IMG/VR virus record: IMGVR_UViG_3300027819_000020
Coordinates: 1 to 44,854 of that record
Reading direction: 5' to 3' (one strand)
Length of the DNA stretch: 44,854 nt
Origin: a virus
Lineage: Duplodnaviria > Caudoviricetes
Below are positions 25,763 through 34,683 of the stretch, piece by piece (positions within the stretch are counted from its first letter, which is position 1; each line of letters starts with the position of its first letter). The position numbers and the translations under genes were made by a program. Under the pieces are notes generated by a model that saw only the letters and a program-made list of their open reading frames with translations, was not told the DNA's origin and searched no databases.

Positions 25763-26777
25763 ACTGCCCGTACACCTCGCGCAGTCTCGCACCGATGGCC
25801 TCGTGCCCAAACTCATGGCGCGCCCGATCCTCGCACCGCCGCGAGCACTCGCGCCAGAGCTTCGCCTCACCAAGGATCGTGTTGACCGTGTCCCGCAGCA
25901 GATCCCAGCGACCAGCCGGAAAGAATGGCACGAACCCATGATCGTACCGATAGCTCATGTGCACCGTCGGCACAATCTCGCGGAACGCCCCGCTGTCGCT
26001 CGTCACGATCGGCGTACCGCAGGCCATCGCCTCGATGCTCACGACGCCGAACTGCTCGATCCACGTCGGGGTCGAGATCGAGGGCATGACGACGATGTCG
26101 GCCGCGTTCATCAGCGCGACCAAGCCCGGCCCATGCTCAAGCTGACCAAGCACCCCCTCTAGCCACGGGCCGTCATATCCTCGCGCCGGTCCATAGACGC
26201 TCTCCGCCCACTCGCGCATCGGGCCATCGCCGGCCAGCGCAACGCGCCACTCCTGGCCCCGGCAGGCGTACGCGAGGTCCATCAGCCCCTTCTCCCATGT
26301 GAGCCGCCCGACGTACAGGACGCGCCGCCCACCAGAAAGGCGCCGCTCGGCCAGGGGCCGGAACAGCGTCGTGTCCACGGCCGCCGGCACGATATGAATG
26401 CGCTCCCGCTCGATCCCGTAGGTCGCGATGCACTCGGCAGCCATCTGGCTCCGGGGGATGAATGCACGGACTCCCGCGAGCATCCTCGCAGCAGCCGGGC
26501 TCCAGTAGTTGAACGGGATGTTCTCCCAGATGGTCGCCACGCACTTGCCCGGCCAGCGCTCGACGGCCTCCTGTGCCCAGGGGTACATGAGGTCGGCCAC
26601 GTCGTAGAGATCGGCGCCGTCCAACTCCTCCAGGCGCTCATACTGCCGGTAATCAGCCCAGGGCTGGGGCACGGTACCGCAGAACTCGTGAGTCCAGCCG
26701 TCCACGTCGAAGCCCGCCCAGGTCATGCGGTCCGTGGGGTTGGCGTGCCGGTCTCGGATCACGCGGAGCAGGGGCAT
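25752..26777 (-). CDS. glycosyltransferase family 4
   Basis: VDTTLFRP, YVGRLTWEKG, EQFGVVSIEAMACG. Confidence 0.95.
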   Translation of the reverse strand: MPLLRVIRDRHANPTDRMTWAGFDVDGWTHEFCGTVPQPWADYRQYERLEELDGADLYDVADLMYPWAQEAVERWPGKCVATIWENIPFNYWSPAAARMLAGVRAFIPRSQMAAECIATYGIERERIHIVPAAVDTTLFRPLAERRLSGGRRVLYVGRLTWEKGLMDLAYACRGQEWRVALAGDGPMREWAESVYGPARGYDGPWLEGVLGQLEHGPGLVALMNAADIVVMPSISTPTWIEQFGVVSIEAMACGTPIVTSDSGAFREIVPTVHMSYRYDHGFVPFFPAGRWDLLRDTVNTILGEAKLWRECSRRCEDRARHEFGHEAIGARLREVYGQYVP

Positions 26778-27583
26778 CAGTAGCCGACGTAGACCTGCGT
26801 CGATTCGGGCACGATGTGCTCGTTCCATCGCCTGTGGAACTCGAACGAGTTGGCCATGAACTGCCGCGCGTGACGCATCGCGTCGCCCGGCGTCTGAGTG
26901 TGCGCCACGGTGCTCTGGCCCACCAGGTGGACGAACTCGGCTTCCGGGCAGTACCAGACCTCGCGGCCCGCCGCCTTGACCCGCTCGCAGTAATCCACGT
27001 CCTCGAAATAGGCTCGCGGGTAGGCCACGGCATCGAACCCGCCCAGCTCATGGAACAGCGAGCGCGGCGTTGCCATGACGGCGCCCGTGATCCATGAGAC
27101 GGCGCATTCTGAGCCCACGATGCGATGATCGCCCGGCCAGCCCAGGTAGCGGTGATAGGGGCCTCGGCCAGCATCGTACTGCCCACCGCATGACTGGACC
27201 TTGCCGTTGGGAAACAGCAACTTCGGCCCCACGATGCCGGACCCGGGGTGCCGCTCGAAGCAGTCGAGCACCGCCTGGCACCAGCCGGGCCGCGCGAATG
27301 CGTCGCTGTTGATGAACACGAGGATGTCCCCCTGGGCAGCCGCCGCGAGGGCGTTGCAGTTGCCGCCGTAGCCCAGGTTCTCGGGGTTGCGCTGGCAGCG
27401 GAGGCCCGCCGTGAACCAGTCGCGGCAGTCGCAATCCGGAGAGGCATCGTCGCCAACGATGATCTCGGCCATGCCCTCGGGCACCGTCGTCTGGAGGTGC
27501 ATGACGCAGCGCATGGCGAGGGCGAGTTGGCCATACACCGGGACCAGCAGCGAGAGACGCGGGCCAGTGCCCCGGCTATCCAC
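26777..27583 (-). CDS. glycosyltransferase family 2
   Basis: VGDDAS, NLGYGGNCN, FINSDA, GGFD...YFEDVD. Confidence 0.95.
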   Translation of the reverse strand: MDSRGTGPRLSLLVPVYGQLALAMRCVMHLQTTVPEGMAEIIVGDDASPDCDCRDWFTAGLRCQRNPENLGYGGNCNALAAAAQGDILVFINSDAFARPGWCQAVLDCFERHPGSGIVGPKLLFPNGKVQSCGGQYDAGRGPYHRYLGWPGDHRIVGSECAVSWITGAVMATPRSLFHELGGFDAVAYPRAYFEDVDYCERVKAAGREVWYCPEAEFVHLVGQSTVAHTQTPGDAMRHARQFMANSFEFHRRWNEHIVPESTQVYVGY

Positions 27584-27806
27584 CCCGATACCCTAGCTCG
27601 CCTCTCGCTACCGCTGCGATAACCTCAGGAGGCGCTCCATCCAGGTGGCCAAGCAGAATCTCTGGTCGGTCCGATCCATGATGCGGTTTGTGCACCCAAC
27701 CATATGGCACCGCCCCACACAGGCAATAACTCCCGTCCGACGGCTCGCCACGCCATATCCGCCGATGAAGTTCGACTGGGTCGTCAGCCACCCTAGCCCC
27801 GCTCAT
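27576..27806 (-). CDS. hypothetical protein
   Basis: Coupled ORF inside the GT cassette. Confidence 0.5.
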   Translation of the reverse strand: MSGARVADDPVELHRRIWRGEPSDGSYCLCGAVPYGWVHKPHHGSDRPEILLGHLDGAPPEVIAAVARGELGYRGG

Positions 27807-28324
27807 CCACGCGCCTGCTTCCGCTGTGCCTCGCTGATCCGCGCCCAGAGCAACACAGCGCCGTACAGGTGCACCTCGGCGCGCCATGTCCTGCGGCGAC
27901 TCACGAGCACCGGGGAGGGCGCCTCGCCTGGTCGCCGCGATGGCTCCATGCGCCACTCGCTCGTGTCGATGAGCACGTCATGGAGTAGCATCAAGGACGG
28001 AGAGTAAGAGCCCCCAAGAGCGATGTCCGCCGCCCAGAAACTCGACATCTGCGGGGCTGGCGGCAGCAGGTACGTGCCAGCCCACCGCATGCGCGCGGCG
28101 ATCTCCTCCGGCACGATAGGTCCGTGGGTCCGCTCATCGGCCGCGAAATCGAGCACGAAGGCAGCGTCACCCTCGGGCAGGCCATCCGGTGGGTCAGGGT
28201 CGGTAGGCCACGGCTTGACGCTGGCTTCCCCTACTCCGAGCGGCGGATCAATAGGCCGGGACCATGCGTCACGATATACCCATTGGCCGTCTGGGGTTGC
28301 ATGTCCACCATGAATCTCCGGCAT
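27803..28324 (-). CDS. hypothetical protein
   Basis: MPEIHGG...; coupled to the GT4 stop. Confidence 0.6.
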   Translation of the reverse strand: MPEIHGGHATPDGQWVYRDAWSRPIDPPLGVGEASVKPWPTDPDPPDGLPEGDAAFVLDFAADERTHGPIVPEEIAARMRWAGTYLLPPAPQMSSFWAADIALGGSYSPSLMLLHDVLIDTSEWRMEPSRRPGEAPSPVLVSRRRTWRAEVHLYGAVLLWARISEAQRKQARG

Positions 28325-29568
28325 CACACCAGCGCTCCTATCCCGAGCGGCACGGCACCGTCTCGCGCCACGATCTCCGTCAGGTAGTCCGATCGCTGCT
28401 CCACGACCTGCCTCAACACCGCCTCCACAGCGTCCGTCGCCCTGTCCCACGTGCGCTGCGCTGCCCACAGCCGCCCAGCCTCACCCATGCGCTCGCGCTC
28501 AGCCCGGTCGTAGTAGAGCCGGTTCAGCGCCTTGACCAGCGCGGGGATATCCGGGTCCGCGTCCATGGCGTTGCCCCAGGTGCCGTAGCGCATCTCGGGC
28601 TGGCGTGGTACGAGCACGCCCCGGCCCTCCTGCATGACCTCGGTCCCCGAGCACCAGTCAAGGGCGAACGATGGCAGCCCCATGGCCATGCCCTCGATGA
28701 GCGGCAGGCCGAAGCCCTCGCGGTAGCTCAGGACCCCGTGCACGTCCATGAGGCCGTAGCGCTCCCGCAGGTCCACGATGCCCCTCGCTGCCAGGTCGGG
28801 ACGATAGAGCACCTGCTCGTCACGGAGGCCGATCTCCTGCTGGAGCCCCCGCGCATCGTGTGGCGCCAGCCGTGTCAGCTTCCAGCCACCGGGCCCGGCC
28901 TTCTCCATGTCGAGCAGTAGCCGTGCCCCCGGCTTGTCGAGCGCGAAGTCGCGAAACCCCTCCATCGTGCTCGGGATGTTCTTACGCCCCTGATTCATCG
29001 CCGCCATGCCCACGACGAACGCGTCCGGGGCGATGCCCGCTCGCCCGCGTAGGTGCGCCCGCTCCTCTGGCGTGAACGGCCGGAACCGCTGCGAGTCCAC
29101 GCCGGGCGGGCAGTGGTAGGCATGGATGCCGCGTTTGCGCAGAGCTTCGACGCCAAACTCGGAGATCACCATCGTCGCGTCGGTGACCTTCGACAGCTCC
29201 ACCCATTCGTCAAATACCGGCTCGCCGTCGATAGGCGTGATCGTCACCTGCCTGATGTGCTCCCAGTCGATCCGGCAATCGCGGAACAGCGAGACGCTAT
29301 ACGGGTAGTCCTGGCAGCAGACCACCACATCGGGGCGCCGGTTGTCCGGGCCGAACCGGAGCGTGTTCGCCACCTCGGTACAGAGCGCCCACAGGTCGGG
29401 GACGTTCGTCGGCCAGACGTGGAATCCCAGGTTGTGCGGCCAGCCGGAGTACTGAATGCCTACGCCGGCGACCTGGTGGCCGCGCTGAATCAGGCGCTTG
29501 CAGACCTCATTGCCGATGCGTCCGAAACCGCTCTCGGCCACAAGATCGCCCACCCACAAGATGTTCAT
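28324..29568 (-). CDS. glycosyltransferase family 4
   Basis: MNILWVGD...SGFGR, NQGRKN, EGFGLPLIEGMAMG. Confidence 0.95.
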   Translation of the reverse strand: MNILWVGDLVAESGFGRIGNEVCKRLIQRGHQVAGVGIQYSGWPHNLGFHVWPTNVPDLWALCTEVANTLRFGPDNRRPDVVVCCQDYPYSVSLFRDCRIDWEHIRQVTITPIDGEPVFDEWVELSKVTDATMVISEFGVEALRKRGIHAYHCPPGVDSQRFRPFTPEERAHLRGRAGIAPDAFVVGMAAMNQGRKNIPSTMEGFRDFALDKPGARLLLDMEKAGPGGWKLTRLAPHDARGLQQEIGLRDEQVLYRPDLAARGIVDLRERYGLMDVHGVLSYREGFGLPLIEGMAMGLPSFALDWCSGTEVMQEGRGVLVPRQPEMRYGTWGNAMDADPDIPALVKALNRLYYDRAERERMGEAGRLWAAQRTWDRATDAVEAVLRQVVEQRSDYLTEIVARDGAVPLGIGALV

Positions 29569-29855
29569 TCGTGGCCCACCGGCCCGTAGGCTTCCAATGG
29601 TCGCCATCCCCCATTCTGACCTCGGGTGAACCCCTCATAGTGGATCTGTCCTGATGCGGCCCATGCGGATACGTTGCTGTACCGCGTTAGCCCCCGGTAA
29701 TCCCATGGCCACCCTGCGAGCCCTGGGCCATGCAGCGCCTTATGATGCTCGATCTGGCTAGCCGGGTAGACCGGATTGCCGGGGCACCTCATGCAATGGA
29801 CCGGCGGCTCCTCCGGCGTTTCCGTAGGAGATGTTGGCTTGCGGAAGATGTTCAT
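29565..29855 (-). CDS. hypothetical protein
   Basis: Coupled at both ends. Confidence 0.6.
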   Translation of the reverse strand: MNIFRKPTSPTETPEEPPVHCMRCPGNPVYPASQIEHHKALHGPGLAGWPWDYRGLTRYSNVSAWAASGQIHYEGFTRGQNGGWRPLEAYGPVGHE

Positions 29856-30229
29856 CCTGCCCCAGCTCTCTCAAGGATCAATCGATAGAAACATGCCCCG
29901 CCGACAATCGCCGTCGTCGGCGGCCCAGCTACCCGGTACTGCGCTCCCGTGCCAATCCGGAACATGTCCTGCTGGCTCACGGGCTCCCGCACGAGTAGCG
30001 CGAACTGAGCCCGCGTAATCTGGCCCCCAGCAACCTGCATCTCCGCCGGCGTGAGGTCGCCTTGTAGCACCGCCAGCGTGCCGGTGATGTAGGTCTCCAC
30101 GCCCGCGATGCCGTACTCGGGCGAACCCGCCGCTGAGCCGCTGTAGCGGTACCACGTCGCGGGCTGCCCTGCCTGCTCGAACACCTTCCGCAGACCGAGC
30201 TTGACGCGCTGATCGAGCCGCTGAACCAC
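29852..30229 (-). CDS. head closure / head-tail joining protein
   Basis: Synteny and size. Confidence 0.7.
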   Translation of the reverse strand: MVQRLDQRVKLGLRKVFEQAGQPATWYRYSGSAAGSPEYGIAGVETYITGTLAVLQGDLTPAEMQVAGGQITRAQFALLVREPVSQQDMFRIGTGAQYRVAGPPTTAIVGGACFYRLILERAGAG

Positions 30230-30232
30230 GCG

Positions 30233-30391
30233 CTACGGCCCGCCGCAGCGTATCAGCGCTAGCGCCACTTTCCAGAGCACGAACACCACGGCACCCGTAG
30301 AGGCCAAGCCGAGGATTACCTGCCCCACCCTATCGCTGGTCTTAGTATGCGCCCAGCAGGTGATGTCCCCGATACATGAGTGGCACTCCAT
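30233..30391 (-). CDS. small membrane protein (52 aa)
   Basis: Manual translation with one TM helix. Confidence 0.45.
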   Translation of the reverse strand: MECHSCIGDITCWAHTKTSDRVGQVILGLASTGAVVFVLWKVALALIRCGGP

Positions 30392-30392
30392 C

Positions 30393-30524
30393 CTACTGAT
30401 CGCCAATCGTCACGACGGGGACGTACGTCCGGTAGGGCATCGCGGGCTGTGGCCTGGGGATCACCATCTGCAGGACCACCAGCCCACCGACGAAGCCGAG
30501 CGCCACCCAGGCGATCCTAGACAT
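30393..30524 (-). CDS. 43-aa signal/TM peptide ending YRTYVPVVTIGDQ
   Basis: Manual translation; AGGAGG RBS. Confidence 0.6.
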   Translation of the reverse strand: MSRIAWVALGFVGGLVVLQMVIPRPQPAMPYRTYVPVVTIGDQ

Positions 30525-31047
30525 AGTCCTCCTGAGTACTGGACCACTCCTCCAGACCAGCTCCGCCGAATGCCTGGTCCAACTGGTCGGCCTTCAGCGT
30601 CTCGTACCAGTCCTTCGCGTTCTTGGCCAGCATGGATTCGTCAACGCTCAAGCCCTGGAGGTTCGTGCCCCACTTCGTGCGGCGCGCGCCGTCGGCCATG
30701 AGAATGAGCGCACACTCCAGCAGCGCGTCCCGCACGCTGCCCCTGCGGTCGATGATGTCCTGCAGCTCGGTATCCGTCCAGATGACGGACCTCGCCTGTA
30801 CGGTGACGCGGGCGGCGTTGACCGGCGCCGTCACGAACGTGATCCGCCCCGTAGCGTCCACGAGCGCGTAGTTGGTCGGATCCGTCTGGAGCGTGCCCGC
30901 CACACGCACCTGCTCTGATGCCGCTACAACGGGGAAATGGGAGAGATCGAAGATGGTGGTGTTGCCGTCGCCAGCGAACTCCTCAGCAAACGTGCGCTCT
31001 GGGTCCGCCGCTCGGAGTCTGATCTGCTCGATGTCAGTTAGCGGCAT
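30517..31047 (-). CDS. head-tail adaptor with inserted beta domain
   Basis: LTDIEQIRL...IWTDTELQDI adaptor pattern flanking GDGNTTIF...GRITFVTAP. Confidence 0.7.
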   Translation of the reverse strand: MPLTDIEQIRLRAADPERTFAEEFAGDGNTTIFDLSHFPVVAASEQVRVAGTLQTDPTNYALVDATGRITFVTAPVNAARVTVQARSVIWTDTELQDIIDRRGSVRDALLECALILMADGARRTKWGTNLQGLSVDESMLAKNAKDWYETLKADQLDQAFGGAGLEEWSSTQEDYV

Positions 31048-31050
31048 GGA

Positions 31051-31089
31051 CACACAAAGGCGGGGCCGAGAGGAGTATTCGGCCCCGCC
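31051..31089 (-). terminator. intrinsic terminator / attenuator hairpin
   Basis: GGCGGGGCCGA-N9-TCGGCCCCGCC followed by TTTGTGTG. Confidence 0.65.
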
Positions 31090-31137
31090 ACTTGATCGGT
31101 TGTCTCGTTGTCAGGACGCACACGGGCATCTGGCGGG

Positions 31138-31167
31138 AGTGTAGGGGATGGCCCCGCGCGCTGTCAA
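31138..31167 (-). promoter_or_regulatory. sigma70-type promoter
   Basis: TTGACA-18-TACACT. Confidence 0.7.
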
Positions 31168-31174
31168 GCCCCCA

Positions 31175-31417
31175 CTACAGGTCGCGCCCCTCACGTGCCG
31201 TCAACCTACGCCGCAAGGGCACCAGTGGAGCGGCCCTCTGCAGGTAAAGGCGCCGCGTCTCGGCGTAACTGTCTGCCTCTGGCACGTCGAGACCCCAGCG
31301 CGCCTCTTCGGTCACAGCAGAGCGAGGGCCGCCCGGCTGGCCGGATGCGATGGCTGGGGAGGTCTCGATGACGTACACGCGGGCTACGTCGGTTTCGTAG
31401 GCGCTGATGATCTTCAT
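31175..31417 (-). CDS. hypothetical protein
   Basis: AGGAGG RBS. Confidence 0.65.
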   Translation of the reverse strand: MKIISAYETDVARVYVIETSPAIASGQPGGPRSAVTEEARWGLDVPEADSYAETRRLYLQRAAPLVPLRRRLTAREGRDL

Positions 31418-31426
31418 GGTAGCCTC

Positions 31427-32623
31427 CTATCCGTACCCGACATAGTGCGCGTCCAGTTGGTACGACGCGCTGGCATTGGCGTCAAGCGCACCGGAGACGA
31501 TGGCGCGCCAGTCGCGGGACAGCGGCACCGGAGCCACGCCTGCGTAGAGCGTCCCGGCGCCCGCGCCCGGATGGATGGCGTAGGAGAACAGGCCCGCCGT
31601 CGTGATCGAGCTGGCCCATGCGGTGATGGTCCGGTACTTGCCGTTGTGCTTCACCTGCACGATGAGGCCGCCGATAATGGCCGTCGCGGCGGTGCCGTAG
31701 ACGTTGAGATGGAGCACGACGCCGGCGTGCTGGTAATTGACCTGATCTGTAGACGTTCGGCCGCCTACGATATCTGAGGCGCTGGCCAGGAGGACGGCTG
31801 TGGCGTTGTTCCGCTGGCGATCCCAGGTCGCGCCGTTGAAAATGTTGTTGAGCACGCCCTGGTAGACGATGGCATCCGTGTCTGGGGTTGCGATGATGCT
31901 GGGGGAGGCCTGATCGTCTGCTCCGTTATCCGTACGTCGCATCTGACCGACCAGCACGACCGTCCCCACCGTGACGGCCCGTTGTCCGGAGATGAGCGCC
32001 GTAACCGTCCCCACCTGCGCGGTGAGCGTCCCCGCTACCTGAGCTGTCAGGGTGCCAGCCACCTGTGCGGTGACGGTGCCGACTTGCGCCGTGATCGTGC
32101 CAACCGCCGTCACCTGCCCACGCGCTTCAGCGGTGAGAATACCGGCCACCTGAGCCGTCACCGTCCCCACCTGCGCCGTAACGGTCCCGTGGGCGGTGAT
32201 CTGTCCGCCCGCCGTGACTTGGCCATGAGCCGTCACATTGCCGGACATCACCATGGCGCTGATCCCGCCCAGCACTTGCGCGCTCACGGTCCCCACTTGA
32301 GCTGTGATCGTTCCATGGGCCGTGACTGCGCCACCGGCAGTAACCTGCCCGTGCGCTGTCACGTTCCCGCTCATGACCATCGCGGAAATGCCGCCAAGCA
32401 CCTGAGCCGACACGGTGCCCACTTGCGCCGTCACGGTCCCATGGGCCGTGATCTGCCCATGGGCCGTGACGTTCCCGCTCATTACCTGCGCGCTGATAAC
32501 GCCGCCCAGTACCTGGGCCGAGACGGTCCCGTGCGCCGTGACTTCGCCGACCTGAGCAGTCAGCGTGCCATGCGCGGTGACTTGCCCCGAGACACCCTGG
32601 ATGTCGCCGAGTCTCGTCACCAT
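31427..32623 (-). CDS. Thr-rich repeat virion protein (putative head fibre)
   Basis: About 200 aa of VTAHG/VTAQV repeats followed by a beta-rich domain. Confidence 0.7.
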   Translation of the reverse strand: MVTRLGDIQGVSGQVTAHGTLTAQVGEVTAHGTVSAQVLGGVISAQVMSGNVTAHGQITAHGTVTAQVGTVSAQVLGGISAMVMSGNVTAHGQVTAGGAVTAHGTITAQVGTVSAQVLGGISAMVMSGNVTAHGQVTAGGQITAHGTVTAQVGTVTAQVAGILTAEARGQVTAVGTITAQVGTVTAQVAGTLTAQVAGTLTAQVGTVTALISGQRAVTVGTVVLVGQMRRTDNGADDQASPSIIATPDTDAIVYQGVLNNIFNGATWDRQRNNATAVLLASASDIVGGRTSTDQVNYQHAGVVLHLNVYGTAATAIIGGLIVQVKHNGKYRTITAWASSITTAGLFSYAIHPGAGAGTLYAGVAPVPLSRDWRAIVSGALDANASASYQLDAHYVGYG

Positions 32624-32624
32624 C

Positions 32625-32954
32625 TCAGTTCACCACGCTCAGGTAGTCCGTTACCTGCGCGCTCCCGCCCGCAGCGCTGGCCGCCTTCACGAGCCGCGAC
32701 CGGATGTAGCGGTAGTAGTTATTCAGGTCGTACATGCCCGTCGCGGCTCCACCCGCCGCCCCGGCCGTCACGGTGACGATGGGCGTCCACGGCATGAGGA
32801 TGCCCCCATCCTGCGAATAGACGAGGTCGAGCACGGCCGAATGGCCGGTGATCGTGTAGGTCCAGAGGCCCCGCTTCTGGCCCAGGGCCGAGATGACGGT
32901 GCCGCTCGTTCCGTCGGCTGCGGCACCACTGAGGCTATACCCCGCCTCTGCCAT
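32625..32954 (-). CDS. putative virion beta-sandwich protein
   Basis: Follows the capsid gene; YRYIRSRL; AGGAGG RBS. Confidence 0.65.
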   Translation of the reverse strand: MAEAGYSLSGAAADGTSGTVISALGQKRGLWTYTITGHSAVLDLVYSQDGGILMPWTPIVTVTAGAAGGAATGMYDLNNYYRYIRSRLVKAASAAGGSAQVTDYLSVVN

Positions 32955-33009
32955 GTCTCAATCCTCCTGGGGGGCCGCAGCAAGCCCGACCCCCCATTCG
33001 TCGTTGTCG

Positions 33010-34050
33010 CTAGTTGATCGTCCCTGCCGTGGTGCTGTTCGCGCAGACCCAGTAGCGCGAGTCCCGCATCCCGACGCCGAAGATGTCCCGCACGCGATAG
33101 CGGTAGACGTCCCGGATGAATGCCTCCCCGCTATTGCGGGGCTCCTCCAGGAGCTGCAACGGCTCGACCTCCTGGAGCAGGAGGCCGCGCTTGGCCTGGC
33201 ACAGCAGCCAGTGATGACTCGTGCCTAGGGCTCCGAGCCAGGTCGAGGGCATGATCCGCACGAGGCCGGCCCTCGGGTTGGTCGAGCCCATGCCGAAGAC
33301 GACCGTGGCATCGGCGTCACCCATGCCGGTAGTCTGGGGCGAGCCCAAGAGCTGCTTGGCGTAGAGCCACAACTTCGGAGCCACGACGATGGTATCGGGC
33401 CGCACCATGAGCGGCCTGCCGCTGTTGCGGTCCTTCATCGTCATGAGCGTGGTATAGCCCGTGTCGAAGCCGGTCGGGCTTAAGCCGGTGGTGAACGTGT
33501 TGTTCCCGATCTGGTTGTCGCTCACCGTGGCGTCGAAGTTGCCGGTTGTGGTCAGGACGGTGAAGACGGCTTCCTCGCGCGTCTGGGCCGCCGCGCGGGA
33601 GAGGTCGCTGATCGCCTCTTGCATGGCTCCCAGGCGGTCGTAGCGCAGCATCTCGTCGGTGATGGCGAGGAGGGCGCCGTATTTGAAGTTCGTGATCGTC
33701 TTTTCCGGCCGCGAGTCCGGTACCCGCAGGCTGGGATACTCGACGCCCTCTCCGACGCGGGCCAGCGTGCCCATCGCCTGGTTGCTCATCCAGGTCTCGT
33801 GCTCGCGGTTGCTGGGCACGACCTGGGCGAGCTGGTCCCACTCGCTGGGGATGCCCCCGAACTCGGAGAAGAAGGCAGCCCGGAGGCCGTCCTTCAGGAG
33901 TTCGGGGAAGTCGGCGGTGCTGTTGGCCTCGCGGAGGAAGACGCCGCGCTTGAAGGCATCGTAGGCCTCGCTCAGCCGCCGGTAGCGGCCGAAGAGGTAG
34001 CCGTTGCGGCTCTCGGCGGTCAGGAGCTGCTCGAACGTCTGTGTAGTCAT
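33010..34050 (-). CDS. major capsid protein (Mu gpT-like)
   Basis: STADFPELL, VGEGVEY, KYGALLAITDEML.YDRLG, P..IVVAP, YRVRDIFGVG..D.R. Confidence 0.9.
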   Translation of the reverse strand: MTTQTFEQLLTAESRNGYLFGRYRRLSEAYDAFKRGVFLREANSTADFPELLKDGLRAAFFSEFGGIPSEWDQLAQVVPSNREHETWMSNQAMGTLARVGEGVEYPSLRVPDSRPEKTITNFKYGALLAITDEMLRYDRLGAMQEAISDLSRAAAQTREEAVFTVLTTTGNFDATVSDNQIGNNTFTTGLSPTGFDTGYTTLMTMKDRNSGRPLMVRPDTIVVAPKLWLYAKQLLGSPQTTGMGDADATVVFGMGSTNPRAGLVRIMPSTWLGALGTSHHWLLCQAKRGLLLQEVEPLQLLEEPRNSGEAFIRDVYRYRVRDIFGVGMRDSRYWVCANSTTAGTIN

Positions 34051-34062
34051 CTCATGCACTCC

Positions 34063-34671
34063 TTACCGCTGTTCCGCCTGGCCCACAAGAGCGCCCAGGA
34101 ACATGGTGGGGAACAGCTCCACGATGGCGGAGCCGGTGTTGCCGGCCGTGTAGACGTGGAAGATGCGCCCCAGGGCACTGTTGGGCAACGCGCTGGGAAT
34201 GCGCGCCGTCCCGGTGACGACGTTGGTCGTGTTGCCGGAAGCGCTCAGGACGAACAGCACACCGGAGATGGCCGCTGCGACGGCGGTAGCCGTCCACACT
34301 GGGCCGCGTCCCGTGGCGCCTGTCTGCCCGACTCGCCCTGAGCCCGGCAGATGCTGCCAGGCGAGGTAGCCGGCCGAGAAGTTGCCGACGGCGCTGACCA
34401 CGGCGTACCCGCCGCCCACCAGCACCGGGGCAGCGGTCGCGCTGTAGCCGGAGCCCTGCGGAGTCCAGCGCGGGTGGTCCTCCATGATGTAGCCCAGCGC
34501 CGATGCCCTGGCATACGCGGTGAGCGCCGAGTCCGCTTCGACAGCGGCCACGATGGGCGCGCCGCCGGACCAGCACAGGAAATCGCCCTTGTGGGCCGTG
34601 GTGACCCCGCTCATGTTCACCGGGATCACGCCCCCCTTCCCCATAGGGAAGTCGTATGGGTTTGTGGGCAC
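34063..34671 (-). CDS. head decoration / cement-like protein
   Basis: Between scaffold and capsid genes; Ala/Gly/Thr-rich. Confidence 0.6.
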   Translation of the reverse strand: MPTNPYDFPMGKGGVIPVNMSGVTTAHKGDFLCWSGGAPIVAAVEADSALTAYARASALGYIMEDHPRWTPQGSGYSATAAPVLVGGGYAVVSAVGNFSAGYLAWQHLPGSGRVGQTGATGRGPVWTATAVAAAISGVLFVLSASGNTTNVVTGTARIPSALPNSALGRIFHVYTAGNTGSAIVELFPTMFLGALVGQAEQR

Positions 34672-34683
34672 GTTCTTGCCTCC

